Shown here one piece after another: positions 1-9,184 of a stretch of DNA of 64,000 bases (positions are counted from its first letter, which is position 1; every line of letters begins with the position of its first letter). The notes beneath the pieces were generated by a model. That model searched no databases, was not told where the DNA came from, and worked only from the letters and a program-made list of their open reading frames with translations. The stretch is from assembly GCA_963800275.1 (NCBI GenBank), contig CAWDAI010000008.1, positions 19,447 through 83,446 of the forward strand, read 5' to 3'. Origin of the DNA: an uncultured Chloroflexia bacterium (lineage in GTDB: Bacteria > Chloroflexota > Limnocylindria > Limnocylindrales > CSP1-4). The position numbers were made by a program, and so were the translations under genes.

Positions 1-131
1 TTGCTGGAAGCCGACTGCGCGTCGGTGGCCGCCGCCGCGGCCCCCACCAGGGAGACGGCCAACAGGCCGGCGGTGAGCCCGGCTGCAGCCCAGCGCAGAC
101 CGGTCTGGGAGAGGGTACGGGTCGCGTTCAT
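1..131 (-). CDS. Secreted/exported protein, N-terminal fragment (gene continues beyond window start)
   Basis: Reverse-strand ATG (CAT at 129-131) preceded by GGAGGA RBS. Translation MNATRTLSQTGLRWAAAGLTAGLLAVSLVGAAAAATDAQS is a signal-peptide-like N-terminus. The plus-strand ORF 1..309 has out-of-frame-like composition and is rejected. Confidence 0.35.
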   Translation of the reverse strand, partial: MNATRTLSQTGLRWAAAGLTAGLLAVSLVGAAAAATDAQSASS

Positions 132-243
132 GTTGGAGGATCCTCCGGATGTGGTTTCGCCGGGTGGCGAGGCTTGCTGGCGGGAGTTTCTGCCCCGCAG
201 CCCTATGACGTCGCCTCTCCGCGTCCGGTTCCGCTTTGCGGGG

Positions 244-732
244 CTACGATCTGGCCCTCAGGGGGACGATGACCTCGGTCAGCCACCTGGCCGGATCGGG
301 CTCTGCTGAAGGATCGGTCAGGTAGATCTCCCAGGGACCACCGGCAGGCTCGTAGTCGGCGTTGCCATCCAGCCACGCCCACATGGTCTCGTACGTCTGT
401 CGCAGCGTGTCATAGGGGCCCGCGTGGACGGCGATGGCAGCTGGGCCGGCCGGCAGCTCGCCCGGCTTGACCTCGCCGTCTGGCGCGATCGGCTGCTCCA
501 CCATCACACCGGCCTCGAAGTCGATGACCTCGCCGAAGGAGTGATACCGGGCGAATGGGCCGCTCGCTCCGGTGACGTCCTGTCGCGCAAGCGCCTCGTG
601 TACCGCCTGCTGGACACGGCCCATGGCCAGGGACAGCTCGGCTTCGTCCACCTCGATGCGCTTGGTGGCGGTGTGGTGGCTGCGCAGCACGCGCAGCTCG
701 ATCTTCGAAGAGTGTCCCCTGCGGTCGGGCAT
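244..732 (-). CDS. GyrI-like small-molecule-binding domain protein (AraC/MerR effector-domain-like)
   Basis: C-terminal 162 aa of ORF 244..1224 (start at internal M, CAT 730-732). Motifs GPFARYHSFGE..., AIAVHAGPYDTL..., WEIYLTDP are typical of GyrI-like domains. The upstream 160 aa of the ORF are R/G/P-rich junk. Confidence 0.5.
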   Translation of the reverse strand: MPDRRGHSSKIELRVLRSHHTATKRIEVDEAELSLAMGRVQQAVHEALARQDVTGASGPFARYHSFGEVIDFEAGVMVEQPIAPDGEVKPGELPAGPAAIAVHAGPYDTLRQTYETMWAWLDGNADYEPAGGPWEIYLTDPSAEPDPARWLTEVIVPLRARS

Positions 733-1002
733 GGCGGTACCTCTGCGGTCGGTCGGGCTACTGTGGCGCCGTCCGCCCGTACCTGCAACTCGACGATGGT
801 CCCAATGTCGGTCTTGGCTATCCCTCGCAGCCGGCTGGCCCACGCCTGGCCGCGCAGGACCCGGGCGATCTCTGCCAGGATCGCAGGGCCGATCGGGCCG
901 CCTCGCGCCGCCGGCGCCAGATCCCGAGGCGGAGCGGCTACTCTGGTCTGCGTGCACCAGCTGTCCAGACGAGGGACTCGGCCCTCGAGCTTCGCTCTGT
1001 CG

Positions 1003-1632
1003 ATGGGCCTGCTGATCGTTGCCGCGACCGTCTTGCTGGCCGGAGTTCCGGCGCTGGCCCAGGGGCGGGCCGCCCCTTCGGCTCGGACGGCCCCCTCGGC
1101 CTCGGCCGATCCGACCCAGCTGCCCCTGGACTCCGGCTCGGGCCGCCCTGATCTGTACCTTGAGATGCCCTACGACATCGACAGCTACGAACCGCAGATC
1201 GAGATCACCCGAGGCGGGGACCACTTCGCGGACCTGGCCCCCGATGATCCCCGCCGACGAGAGCTGGAACGCCTGTTGGAGACGGTCGGCGCCGATGTCG
1301 AAGACCTCGTCACGGGCTACGCGCTGGTCTCGAACGAGGCCCTCTTCGCTTTCGTCGTGGCCATCCGGGTGGAGGGCGCCACCCCGGGCACCCTGCTCCC
1401 CGCCTACCTGCCCATCCTGCTCGGTGGTCTGCAGGATCCCGTGACCACGCCCACGCGGCTCGGCGACAAGGAGGTCCTCGTCGTGTCGACCATGGGCGCA
1501 GACGGCGAACCGGCCGAGCTCTACGTCTACGACGAAGGGGACACCGTCTGGATCGTGCAGGGGCCGCGCACCATCGCCGAATCCACGCTGGCCGACCTGC
1601 CCGCGCCCCTGGCCGTCGATCCGGCGAGCTGA
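1003..1632 (+). CDS. Secreted hypothetical protein
   Basis: ATG at 1003 followed by MGLLIVAATVLLAGVPALAQG signal peptide; 209 aa. The upstream part of ORF 424..1632 overlaps the minus-strand gene and is not used. Confidence 0.45.
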   Translation: MGLLIVAATVLLAGVPALAQGRAAPSARTAPSASADPTQLPLDSGSGRPDLYLEMPYDIDSYEPQIEITRGGDHFADLAPDDPRRRELERLLETVGADVEDLVTGYALVSNEALFAFVVAIRVEGATPGTLLPAYLPILLGGLQDPVTTPTRLGDKEVLVVSTMGADGEPAELYVYDEGDTVWIVQGPRTIAESTLADLPAPLAVDPAS

Positions 1633-1666
1633 GCGCGCCGCGAGCCCCCAGGGCCACGAAAAGGAG

Positions 1667-1702
1667 AGGGGGTCCGACGTCAGGGGGATGACGTCAGACC
1701 CC
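1667..1702. terminator. GC-rich hairpin between convergent genes (putative bidirectional terminator)
   Basis: GGGGGTCCGACGTCAGGGGGATGACGTCAGACCCC: 13-bp stem with one mismatch and a 6-nt loop, located between the stop of 1003..1632(+) and the stop of 1744..2250(-). No U-tract, as is common in high-GC genomes. Confidence 0.35.
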
Positions 1703-1743
1703 GTCCTGGTCGCAGATCGGCCGCCCGAGGCCGATGCATCTGG

Positions 1744-2250
1744 TTACGCGATCGTGGTCCGTCGCGTGAGCTTCCCGAACCGGGCCGGAACCCACCACTT
1801 CAGGAAGTAGAGCCGGCAGCCCAGGCAATAGCCGGTCGCTGCGAGCACGGCCTGCAGCGCCCCCACTGCGGCGGCGACCAGCCAGCCGGCCGTGCTGAAG
1901 CCGAGCACGAAGGACAGCGTCGCGATGGAGAAGCCGATGAAGCCGAGCGCCTGCGCGAACCGCGGCGGCAGTTCGTGCTCGAGCTCCGCCGGCGGACCGA
2001 TGCGGAAGGCCTTGCGCACGATCGTCCAGGCACGGCCGAGGATCGAGTAGCGCACGCCCAGGAAGGCACTGAGCCCCAGCGCAGCCGCGAGGAAGGGCAC
2101 CACGACCGGCGTGCCGAGCGCGAAGCCGGTGACGAGGATCACCACCGACAGACCCGCACCGAACCGCTGGCCGCGCGGGTCGATCATGCGGCTGGCCTGG
2201 GGTTTCGTGGTGCTCCGTGGCGCTCCGCCGTTCGCGACTGTCGCGGTCAT
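1744..2250 (-). CDS. DUF4395-family integral membrane protein
   Basis: Internal start (CAT 2248-2250), 169 aa: MTATV...IDPRGQRFGAGLSVVILVTGFALG... with 4 predicted TM helices. Divergent from the LysR gene. Confidence 0.55.
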   Translation of the reverse strand: MTATVANGGAPRSTTKPQASRMIDPRGQRFGAGLSVVILVTGFALGTPVVVPFLAAALGLSAFLGVRYSILGRAWTIVRKAFRIGPPAELEHELPPRFAQALGFIGFSIATLSFVLGFSTAGWLVAAAVGALQAVLAATGYCLGCRLYFLKWWVPARFGKLTRRTTIA

Positions 2251-2341
2251 CGGTGTCTCCCGAGCTGGTGGGAGTAACTCTCCCGTCTCCCGACGGTACT
2301 GCCGATTACTGGCTTGTCCAATCGAATTATGCGAGGCTACT

Positions 2342-2358
2342 GAACGATTGCACCGTTC
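2342..2358. promoter_or_regulatory. Inverted repeat GAACG-N7-CGTTC in the divergent DUF4395/LysR promoter region
   Basis: GAACGATTGCACCGTTC in a locally AT-richer stretch 20 bp upstream of the LysR start; candidate LysR-type autoregulatory site. Confidence 0.2.
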
Positions 2359-2374
2359 ATGACATGGAGAGCTG

Positions 2375-3319
2375 ATGGACATCCCACGCTTGGAGGCCTT
2401 CCTCGAGGTCGCGCGATTGGGTTCGATGCGCGCGGCGGCTCGGTCGCTGCATCTGGGACAGCCGGCACTCTCGGCGCGCATCGTGGCCCTGGAGGATGAA
2501 CTCGGGGCGCGGGTCTTCGAGCGCACCAAGCGTGGCGTCCGGCTGACGCTCGCGGGCCAGGCACTCGTGCCTCACGCCGAGCGCGCCATCGAGGCGGTGG
2601 ACGCGGGCCGTGCTGCCGTGCGGCAGGTGGAGCAGGGTGACGATGGCGAGCTGGCCATCGCGGCTGCGGGCGCCATCAACGCTTCGCTGGTGCCCGAGCT
2701 GGTGGCCCGCTTCCGGCGCTACCACCCGGGTGTCCACCTCCACGTCCACACCGGCTCGACGGAGCGCATCGTGGAGCTGGTGGCCTTCGGCACGGCGCAG
2801 CTGGGACTGCTCTGCCGCAGCATCCCCACACGTGACCCACGCGTGCGGGTGACACCCATCTACGAAGAGGTCTCCACCCTCGTCGCCCGGCCGGAGCACC
2901 CATTCGTGCGCGAGGGCGCGATCCCGCTGGCACGCCTCGGCGATGCCACCCTCATCTACTTCGACCGCGGCTCAGCCGACTACGAGGCGGCGCAGTCGCT
3001 GCTGAGGGAAGGCAGTGTCACCCCCTACGGGATCATCGAGGTGGACTCCGTGGACACTGCGCGGCGCCTCGTGGAGCGTGGCCTCGGCGTGGCCTTCCTG
3101 CCATCGACCGCAGCCGAGCCGGGGATCGAGGCCGGCCGTCTGGCCCAGGTCGCCCTCGCTGATGTCCGGCTGCCGCGGCGACAGGTCGTCGTGCTCGAGC
3201 GGGCAGCGGCCTCCACGTGGCCGCCCGTGGAGACCCTCCGTCGGCTGCTGGGCGAGGCGGGTGCCTTCTTGCCCGGCACCTTCCCCATCAGCTCGCCTCG
3301 CTCGGATCCACCGGCGTGA
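2375..3319 (+). CDS. LysR-family transcriptional regulator
   Basis: N-terminal HTH (LEAFLEVARLGSMRAAARSLHLGQPALSARIVALEDELGARVFERTKRGVRLT) and a C-terminal LysR substrate-binding fold; 314 aa. Confidence 0.9.
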   Translation: MDIPRLEAFLEVARLGSMRAAARSLHLGQPALSARIVALEDELGARVFERTKRGVRLTLAGQALVPHAERAIEAVDAGRAAVRQVEQGDDGELAIAAAGAINASLVPELVARFRRYHPGVHLHVHTGSTERIVELVAFGTAQLGLLCRSIPTRDPRVRVTPIYEEVSTLVARPEHPFVREGAIPLARLGDATLIYFDRGSADYEAAQSLLREGSVTPYGIIEVDSVDTARRLVERGLGVAFLPSTAAEPGIEAGRLAQVALADVRLPRRQVVVLERAAASTWPPVETLRRLLGEAGAFLPGTFPISSPRSDPPA

Positions 3320-5310
3320 ACCCGGAGCGTATCCTCGAGGGCCTCAACGCCGAGCAGCGCCAGGCGGTGACGACCGCCTCCGGTCCGGTCGCCATCATCG
3401 CCGGCGCGGGCAGTGGCAAGACGCGCGTGGTCAGCCAGCGCACGGCCTACGCGGTGGCCACGGACGTGGTGCCGGAGGACCGGGTCCTGCTGGTCACCTT
3501 CACGGAGAAGGCCGCGGCCGAGATGCGTCAGCGGGTGCGTACGCTCGGACTCGAGCGCGTCGCGGCGCGCACGTTCCACTCGGCGGCGCTGGCACAGCTG
3601 CGCTACTTCTGGCCCCCGCGTCACGATGGGGGCGCACTGCCGGAGGTGCTGGCCGACAAGTGGCGGCTGGTGGCACCGCTGGCGCGTGGCCTGCCCGGCG
3701 GCTACCGCTTCACGCCCACGCGCGACATCATCGATGAGATCGAGTGGGCCAAGAGTCGTCGCTTGACGCCGACGACCTACCTGTCGCATGCGGCCGGCCG
3801 CACGCCACCGCCGACACCCGACCTCTTCGTGGGCCTGTTCCGCGGTTATGAGCAGGCGAAGGATCGGCGCGGCTTCGTGGACTTCGACGACATCCTGCGC
3901 TTGACCGTCGAGCTGCTTGAGTCCGACCGGGAGGCGGCTGCTGTGGTGCGTTCGCGCTACAGCTGGTTCACCGTGGACGAGTACCAGGACACCACCCCCC
4001 TGCAGGCCCGCCTGCTGGAGTTGTGGCTGGGGGAGCGACGCGACATCTGCGTGGTCGGTGACGAGGACCAGACGATCTATACCTTCGCCGGCGCGGCCCC
4101 TGAGCATCTCACCGGCTTCGCGCGGCGCTACCCCGGCGCGGTCGTGCTGCCCCTGCTGACCAACTACCGGTCGTCACCCCAGGTGCTCGCTTTGGCCAAC
4201 AAGCTGCTGGCGTCGAGCGGTTCCGACAAGGAGCTGCATGCGACCCGGGACGATGGACCGGAGCCGGTCATCCGGACCTTCGGCTCGGCCGCGGAGGAAG
4301 CGGCCTACGTCGTGGCCACGGTCAAGGCCCTCATGAGGCAAGGCGTCGGCGCGAACCAGATCGCGGTGCTGCTGCGCCTGAATGCCCAGACCGCCGGCTT
4401 CGAGGAGGCCTTCGCGCGCGAAGGCATCGCCTACCAGCTGCGCGGCAAGCGCTTCTTCGAGCGTCGCGAGGTGCAGGCTGCCATCCGCGCGCTGGAGCGC
4501 ATCCCCGGTGACCTGACCGGCCGCGACCTGGTCGCGGCTGCCCGCTCAGCCTGGGATCGACAGCTGGGGTTCGACCCTGAGGCCGAGCCCGAGGGTCGGG
4601 AGGCGCGCGAGCGCCAGGCGACCCTCGTCACCCTGCTGGCCATCGTCTCCCAGCTGACCGCGGCCGATGCCGGCACCGGACGAGACGGCGTGGTCGGTGC
4701 GCTCCAGGAGCGAGCTGCGCGTGAGGCTGCAGCGGATGTCGGCGGAGTCGAGCTGCTCACGCTACACCGGGCCAAGGGGCTGGAATGGGACGCGGTCTTC
4801 ATCCCCCTGCTCGAGGAGGGCACGCTACCGGTCGCCCAGGCCGTCGATGACGAGGACGCGTTGGCCGAGGAGCGACGGCTGCTCTACGTGGGCATCACCC
4901 GCGCGCGGCGCCACCTGACCCTGTCGTGGGCCCGTGAACGAGTCTCGACCACGGGCAAGTCCGGCTCGCGACGGCCCTCGCGTTTCCTGGCCCAGCTGGG
5001 CGCGGAGCCGGCGATCCCGGTGCGGCGGATGGCACGGACGGAAGGGCGCGAACGCCAGCCCGCCGGAGCGGCGCGTGCCCGGCTCGGCGCCGACGACGCA
5101 GTGCTCTTCGACGCGTTGCGTGCGTGGCGCCTGCAGCGGGCCCGGGAGGAGAAGGTCTCGCCATTCATCGTGGCCTATGACACGGTCCTCGCCGAGATCG
5201 CCGAGCGTCGACCACGCGACGAGGCGGCGCTGCTGGCCGTCGCCGGCATGGGCCCGGCCAAGGTGGCCAAGTACGGCGCGGAGATCCTGGCTCTCGTGGC
5301 CGACGGCTAG
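3316..5310 (+). CDS. UvrD/PcrA-family SF1 DNA helicase with C-terminal HRDC domain (UvrD2-like)
   Basis: GTG start overlapping the LysR stop (GTGA). Helicase motif I AGAGSGKTRV, motif II VDEYQDT, and a C-terminal HRDC-like segment (VSPFIVAYDTVLAEIAERRP...GMGPAKVAKYG). Confidence 0.85.
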   Translation: MNPERILEGLNAEQRQAVTTASGPVAIIAGAGSGKTRVVSQRTAYAVATDVVPEDRVLLVTFTEKAAAEMRQRVRTLGLERVAARTFHSAALAQLRYFWPPRHDGGALPEVLADKWRLVAPLARGLPGGYRFTPTRDIIDEIEWAKSRRLTPTTYLSHAAGRTPPPTPDLFVGLFRGYEQAKDRRGFVDFDDILRLTVELLESDREAAAVVRSRYSWFTVDEYQDTTPLQARLLELWLGERRDICVVGDEDQTIYTFAGAAPEHLTGFARRYPGAVVLPLLTNYRSSPQVLALANKLLASSGSDKELHATRDDGPEPVIRTFGSAAEEAAYVVATVKALMRQGVGANQIAVLLRLNAQTAGFEEAFAREGIAYQLRGKRFFERREVQAAIRALERIPGDLTGRDLVAAARSAWDRQLGFDPEAEPEGREARERQATLVTLLAIVSQLTAADAGTGRDGVVGALQERAAREAAADVGGVELLTLHRAKGLEWDAVFIPLLEEGTLPVAQAVDDEDALAEERRLLYVGITRARRHLTLSWARERVSTTGKSGSRRPSRFLAQLGAEPAIPVRRMARTEGRERQPAGAARARLGADDAVLFDALRAWRLQRAREEKVSPFIVAYDTVLAEIAERRPRDEAALLAVAGMGPAKVAKYGAEILALVADG

Positions 5311-5951
5311 GAGCGGATGATCCAGTCGGGCTGGGCGCTGCGCTCGTAGACCAGGCGTGCGTTGGGCATGTCGTTGTCCTCCAGCTTGGCCCGGATCATC
5401 GCATCGCTGTAGTCGTAACCGACCCAGCGCTGGCGGTTGCGTACCTCCAGCGTCTCCATGTCCGCGACCACCATGGCCGTATGGTCGAACCAGGGACGGA
5501 GGCGTGGCCAGGGCTCGTCGTCGAGCAGCAGCCAGTTGCCCTCGGTGACGATGATCCGCGCAGCCGGCTCGATGATGATGGCGCCGGCCCGGGCGATCTC
5601 GATATCGCGGTCGAAGCGGGGCACGGCCACGCTCGGCTCGTCGTTGGTCTTGAGGCGACGGAGCGACGACGCATAGCCCCCCACATCGAAGGTGTGTGGC
5701 GCACCCTTGCGTGGCCGCCAGCCGCGGGGCACCAGCACCTCGTCGTCGTAGTGGTAGCCGTCCATCGGCAGGAGGGCTGCACTGCCGGGGTCGATCGCGT
5801 CGAGCCTCGCGACCAGGCCTGCCGCGATGGTGGACTTGCCCGAAGCGGGCGCACCGGCGATGGCGATGATGCGTCGCTCGCCGATGGAGACGCTGCCCGC
5901 CAGCTCCGCGACGTGGGCCATGAACGAGGCGCTGTCGAACTCCTGTGGCAT
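5307..5951 (-). CDS. P-loop nucleoside/nucleotide kinase-family protein (PRK/uridine-kinase-like)
   Basis: Walker A IAIAGAPASGKST; 214 aa; similar to kinases of the Frk type. The stop overlaps the convergent helicase stop. Confidence 0.7.
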   Translation of the reverse strand: MPQEFDSASFMAHVAELAGSVSIGERRIIAIAGAPASGKSTIAAGLVARLDAIDPGSAALLPMDGYHYDDEVLVPRGWRPRKGAPHTFDVGGYASSLRRLKTNDEPSVAVPRFDRDIEIARAGAIIIEPAARIIVTEGNWLLLDDEPWPRLRPWFDHTAMVVADMETLEVRNRQRWVGYDYSDAMIRAKLEDNDMPNARLVYERSAQPDWIIRS

Positions 5952-5994
5952 GGACCGATGGTAGCGGGCCCCAGCACCCGGCCGAGGACCGGGC

Positions 5995-7713
5995 TTAACG
6001 TCCGCTCGTCAGTCGCGCGGCGAGCCCGGGTGGCGCGATCGCGACCACATGGGTGGTGGCCCTCGTGAGGCCGACGTAGAGCAGCTCGTCGAGGCGGCCC
6101 GCGTCTTCAGGCAGCTCACAGAGCACGATGACCTCGCGCTCGAGCCCCTTGAAGCGACGGATGGACTCGAAGAGCACGACGTCGGGCGGTTCGTCCTCGA
6201 CCTGCTCGGGCGGCAGACCGCGTGTGCGCCCTGCGGCATCGAGGGCCTCGTTCCAGAGGGTCACGTTGCCGAACCTGCGCTGCCGCCAAACGCCGCTCGA
6301 AGCGGTGCCGACGCCCGACAGCACGGCGATCCTGAACTCCGGCACGTGTTCCTCCACGACCAGGCGATGAAGCGTCCGGCGCAGGGCCTCGATGGTCGCG
6401 GGCCCGGGCTCAGCGGTCTCGACGTGGGCGGGCAGGCCTTCCTCGCGGTAGACCTCCACCTCCATCCCGTCATCGCGGAAACGTGACGCCAGGCGGGCGA
6501 CGGCCGGCGGGTTCCGGTGGTCCTCGAAGAGATCCAGTCGCTCCAGTCCCAGCTGGGCGACGACGTCCGGCCGGTAGAGCGCCTGGGCCGGATCATGGAA
6601 GACCCAGAAGACGCCGTGCTCGTTGTCATGCAGCAGCAGCTGCAGAGACTCCAGCCAGCCCAGCGCGAAGTCCTGGCCCTCGTCCACGATGATCGCGTGG
6701 TAGCGGGCCTCGAGGTCGGCCCCGGCCGCCTCGAGCAGGGCGTCGGGCAGGGTCTCGTCCCACCACGCTCCCGGGATGGGCACCGGTCGTTCCGGCAGCA
6801 CCCCAGCCCGCTCGGCCAGCAGCTCGCACAGGCGGTGGAAGGTGGTGACCTCGAGGCCCGCAGGTGCCCGGACCTCGGCCAGCTCGCGTCGCATCGTCGT
6901 CGCCAGCCGCTGGTTGAAGCACACCAGCAACGTGCGGTAGCCCTCCTCCGCCAGGCGCCGGGCGCGCTCCGCTGCCAACATCGACTTGCCCGATCCGGCC
7001 GGTCCGATCACCTCCACCTGGCGCAGGGCCCTGAAGCGGTTGAGGATGCGTGACTGCATGCGTGAAGCAGCCACCAGGGCGGTCCGGTCATCCTCGATGC
7101 GACCGCGCACCAGCCGGTGCAGCGAGACGACCGGCCGGAGCAGGCTGTCCACGAGCTCCACGCCCTGCGGGCCCAGCGGGCGGTAGCGGCCGGCCCCGTC
7201 ACCCCGCCAATACTCGAAGACGCGGTCGAGCCAGCGCTGGATGCCGGCGGTGGTCTCGAGCGCGTGGGCATCGAGGACCAGCTCGACGGGCGCGTCCGGG
7301 CCCAGCAGTGAGCGGCCGCGCGGCAGCGACTGCAGATCGACGTCGGGGAAGGCCACGGCATGTCCGGCAAGGGGCTCGAGATCGGCCGGCCAGTCGGGCA
7401 GGTCCATGAGCTTGGCCCGCAGGTAGTGCTTGGAGGTGCGGGCTTGCTCGAAGGGGGACTCCTTGAGCGCCACCGGCCCCAGATACCAGTGCCCGTCGCG
7501 GTCGACCGAGGGCTCCCCGGACTTGACCTCCAGCACCAGCAGCCCGTACTCGGGATGGGTGATGACGGCGTCCGCCTCGCCATCTCGCGCCGGCCCGTGG
7601 TCGCGCAGCGGTCCGGTCCAGTTGACGTTGACGTAGATGCGGTACTCGGGTTCCGGCAGGGCCGCACGCAGCCGACGCTCGACCTGCCGCTCGGCTTCCT
7701 GCCCGTGCCGCAT
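5995..7713 (-). CDS. NERD (PD-(D/E)xK nuclease-related) domain fused to UvrD-like SF1 helicase
   Basis: N-terminal NERD with intact D...E.K (GEADAVITHPEYGLLVLEVKSG). Helicase motif I GPAGSGKS, motif II IIVDEGQD, and a C-terminal UvrD_C-like RFKGLEREVIVL...LYVGLTRA. 572 aa. Confidence 0.8.
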   Translation of the reverse strand: MRHGQEAERQVERRLRAALPEPEYRIYVNVNWTGPLRDHGPARDGEADAVITHPEYGLLVLEVKSGEPSVDRDGHWYLGPVALKESPFEQARTSKHYLRAKLMDLPDWPADLEPLAGHAVAFPDVDLQSLPRGRSLLGPDAPVELVLDAHALETTAGIQRWLDRVFEYWRGDGAGRYRPLGPQGVELVDSLLRPVVSLHRLVRGRIEDDRTALVAASRMQSRILNRFRALRQVEVIGPAGSGKSMLAAERARRLAEEGYRTLLVCFNQRLATTMRRELAEVRAPAGLEVTTFHRLCELLAERAGVLPERPVPIPGAWWDETLPDALLEAAGADLEARYHAIIVDEGQDFALGWLESLQLLLHDNEHGVFWVFHDPAQALYRPDVVAQLGLERLDLFEDHRNPPAVARLASRFRDDGMEVEVYREEGLPAHVETAEPGPATIEALRRTLHRLVVEEHVPEFRIAVLSGVGTASSGVWRQRRFGNVTLWNEALDAAGRTRGLPPEQVEDEPPDVVLFESIRRFKGLEREVIVLCELPEDAGRLDELLYVGLTRATTHVVAIAPPGLAARLTSGR

Positions 7714-7733
7714 GCGCCGATCCTGGCCGCTCG

Positions 7734-8333
7734 CTACCAGCGGTTGCGGTGGAGCTGCTCGTCGAGCGCTCGACGCCGCCGCTTGTCGACCGAGCTCTCC
7801 GGCTGGGGTTCGTGGCTGCGATGGCCGATGGCGATGACGCCGATCTGCCGGCGATCCGAGGGCACGCCGAAGCGTTCGCGCACAGCATCCTCGCCATCGG
7901 CGATACCGAAGAACCAGGTGTCCAGGCCGGCGTTCACGGCCGCCAGCTGCAGTTGCATGGAGGCCATGCCCGCGTCCACGTCCCAGAAGGGCACCGCCCA
8001 GGCGTCCGGGTCAGCGAGACCGAACTCGATCTTGTCCGGAGCCGAGTAGCGCTGGAGGTAGCGCTGGGGATCGGACCACACCAGCACCAGCACTGGTGGT
8101 CGATCAGCGATGTCTTCCGCGGTCGCCGGATCCTCGGGGTCCTCGGTGAGGGCCCAGAAGTCGGCGAGCGTGGCGGGCTCGTCGAGCACGAGGAAGTCGA
8201 TACCCTGCGAGAAGCCGGCCGTCGGTGCGCGGCGGGCCTGTTCCACGATCCTGTCGATGACCGCCCGATCGGGTCGCTGGTCAGTGAAGCGACGGATGCT
8301 GCGGCGCCTGCGCAGGACGTCATCGAATTCCAT
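7734..8333 (-). CDS. Nitroreductase-family protein
   Basis: RRRSIRRFTDQ... nitroreductase N-terminal signature; 199 aa. Sits 21 bp upstream of the NERD-helicase on the same strand. Confidence 0.8.
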   Translation of the reverse strand: MEFDDVLRRRRSIRRFTDQRPDRAVIDRIVEQARRAPTAGFSQGIDFLVLDEPATLADFWALTEDPEDPATAEDIADRPPVLVLVWSDPQRYLQRYSAPDKIEFGLADPDAWAVPFWDVDAGMASMQLQLAAVNAGLDTWFFGIADGEDAVRERFGVPSDRRQIGVIAIGHRSHEPQPESSVDKRRRRALDEQLHRNRW

Positions 8334-8422
8334 CCGCAGAGCCTACCAAGCGCAGGGCACAGGGATGGCCCGGGCGGATGTGGCCCGGGCCTCCGGCACG
8401 AGGGATCGGTGTGGGACTCGGT

Positions 8423-9184
8423 CTAGCCGACCTTGGCCAGGACTTCGGCAGCGCCTGAGCCATCGGCCCCGAAGGCGGGCTCGTCCTCGCGCTGGGGCAG
8501 GCCCCAGGGATTGCCGACGCCGGTGTCATCCTTGTTCTCGGGTGCGTCGGATGCCGCCTCGTCATCGTCGCGGTCCGAGCCGGTGTCGCTCTCGGCCTCG
8601 GCCTCGAACTCGTCCGTTGCCGGCTCTGCGGGTTCGCCACTCGCGTCGGCGTCGACGGTCTCGGCCGCGTCCTCCACGGCGACCGTCGCCTCGGCCTTGG
8701 CCATGGCCTCAGCCGCCTTCGCGGCCGCTGTCGCGGACAGGTCCACGTCCTTGCTGGCGAGGGCCACATGGGGGACCACGATGGCCTCCTCCTCGCCCTT
8801 CCAGACCTGCAGCTCGACGACCACCAGCGGCAAATGCTCGGCGAGGGTCTCGAGCGTGGTCTGGTAGCGATCGGAGAGCGTCTCTGTCACGAGCACCGCC
8901 ACGTGTTCCTTGTCGGGGTGGCGGACGCGGTTGCGAGCCCAGTTGTCGAGGACGCCGAAGCCGCGCGACGCCTCCAGCTCGCCCAGCTGTACGTCGACGC
9001 TGAAACAGCGCTCGTCGTCGATCGCGGCGAACGAACGTGCGTCGTCGTCGTGGTCACCCTCGGCCGCAGTCAGCTCGCCCAGGCCCAGCCGTGACGGCTG
9101 CTCGGAGAGCCACGTGCACATCCAGGCCTCGTCCTTGCCCAGGTCGGTGACGGTGGAAACCGCACCCGAAACGATGTTGGTCAT
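8423..9184 (-). CDS. Hypothetical protein with highly acidic, disordered C-terminal tail
   Basis: Internal start MTNIVSGAV (CAT 9182-9184). The N-terminal 130 aa look globular. The C-terminus is an Ala/Glu/Asp-rich tail (…EAEAESDTGSDRDDDEAASD…). The upstream 300 aa of ORF 8423..10087 have out-of-frame composition. Confidence 0.45.
   Translation of the reverse strand: MTNIVSGAVSTVTDLGKDEAWMCTWLSEQPSRLGLGELTAAEGDHDDDARSFAAIDDERCFSVDVQLGELEASRGFGVLDNWARNRVRHPDKEHVAVLVTETLSDRYQTTLETLAEHLPLVVVELQVWKGEEEAIVVPHVALASKDVDLSATAAAKAAEAMAKAEATVAVEDAAETVDADASGEPAEPATDEFEAEAESDTGSDRDDDEAASDAPENKDDTGVGNPWGLPQREDEPAFGADGSGAAEVLAKVG

Noticed and set aside
1-309. Plus-strand ORF of 102 aa at the window start
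   Set aside because: R/P/G-rich out-of-frame composition. The reverse strand encodes a clean signal-peptide N-terminus with a GGAGGA RBS, so the minus-strand partial gene was preferred.
244-1224. Full 326-aa minus-strand ORF, and 402-aa plus ORF 424..1632
   Set aside because: Only the C-terminal 162 aa (GyrI-like) of the minus ORF, and the C-terminal 209 aa (from the MGLLIV signal peptide) of the plus ORF, look protein-like. The remaining parts are mutual shadow ORFs.
3025-4107. 360-aa minus-strand ORF antisense to the UvrD-like helicase
   Set aside because: It lies entirely within a gene carrying strong helicase motifs on the other strand, and has Arg/Gly/Pro-rich shadow composition. The same reasoning rejects 8110..9003(+), 8423..10087 (N-terminal part), 13586..15382(-), 15752..17128(-), 16669..18162(-), 21109..22617(-), 22044..22889(-), 24800..26191(+), 27738..28772(+), 28204..29460(+), 29817..30692(+), 44800+ ORFs antisense to IS110, 47108..48310(-), 49894..51537(-), 54290..55309(-), 57188..58222(-), 61258..62668(-) and 62301..63191(-).
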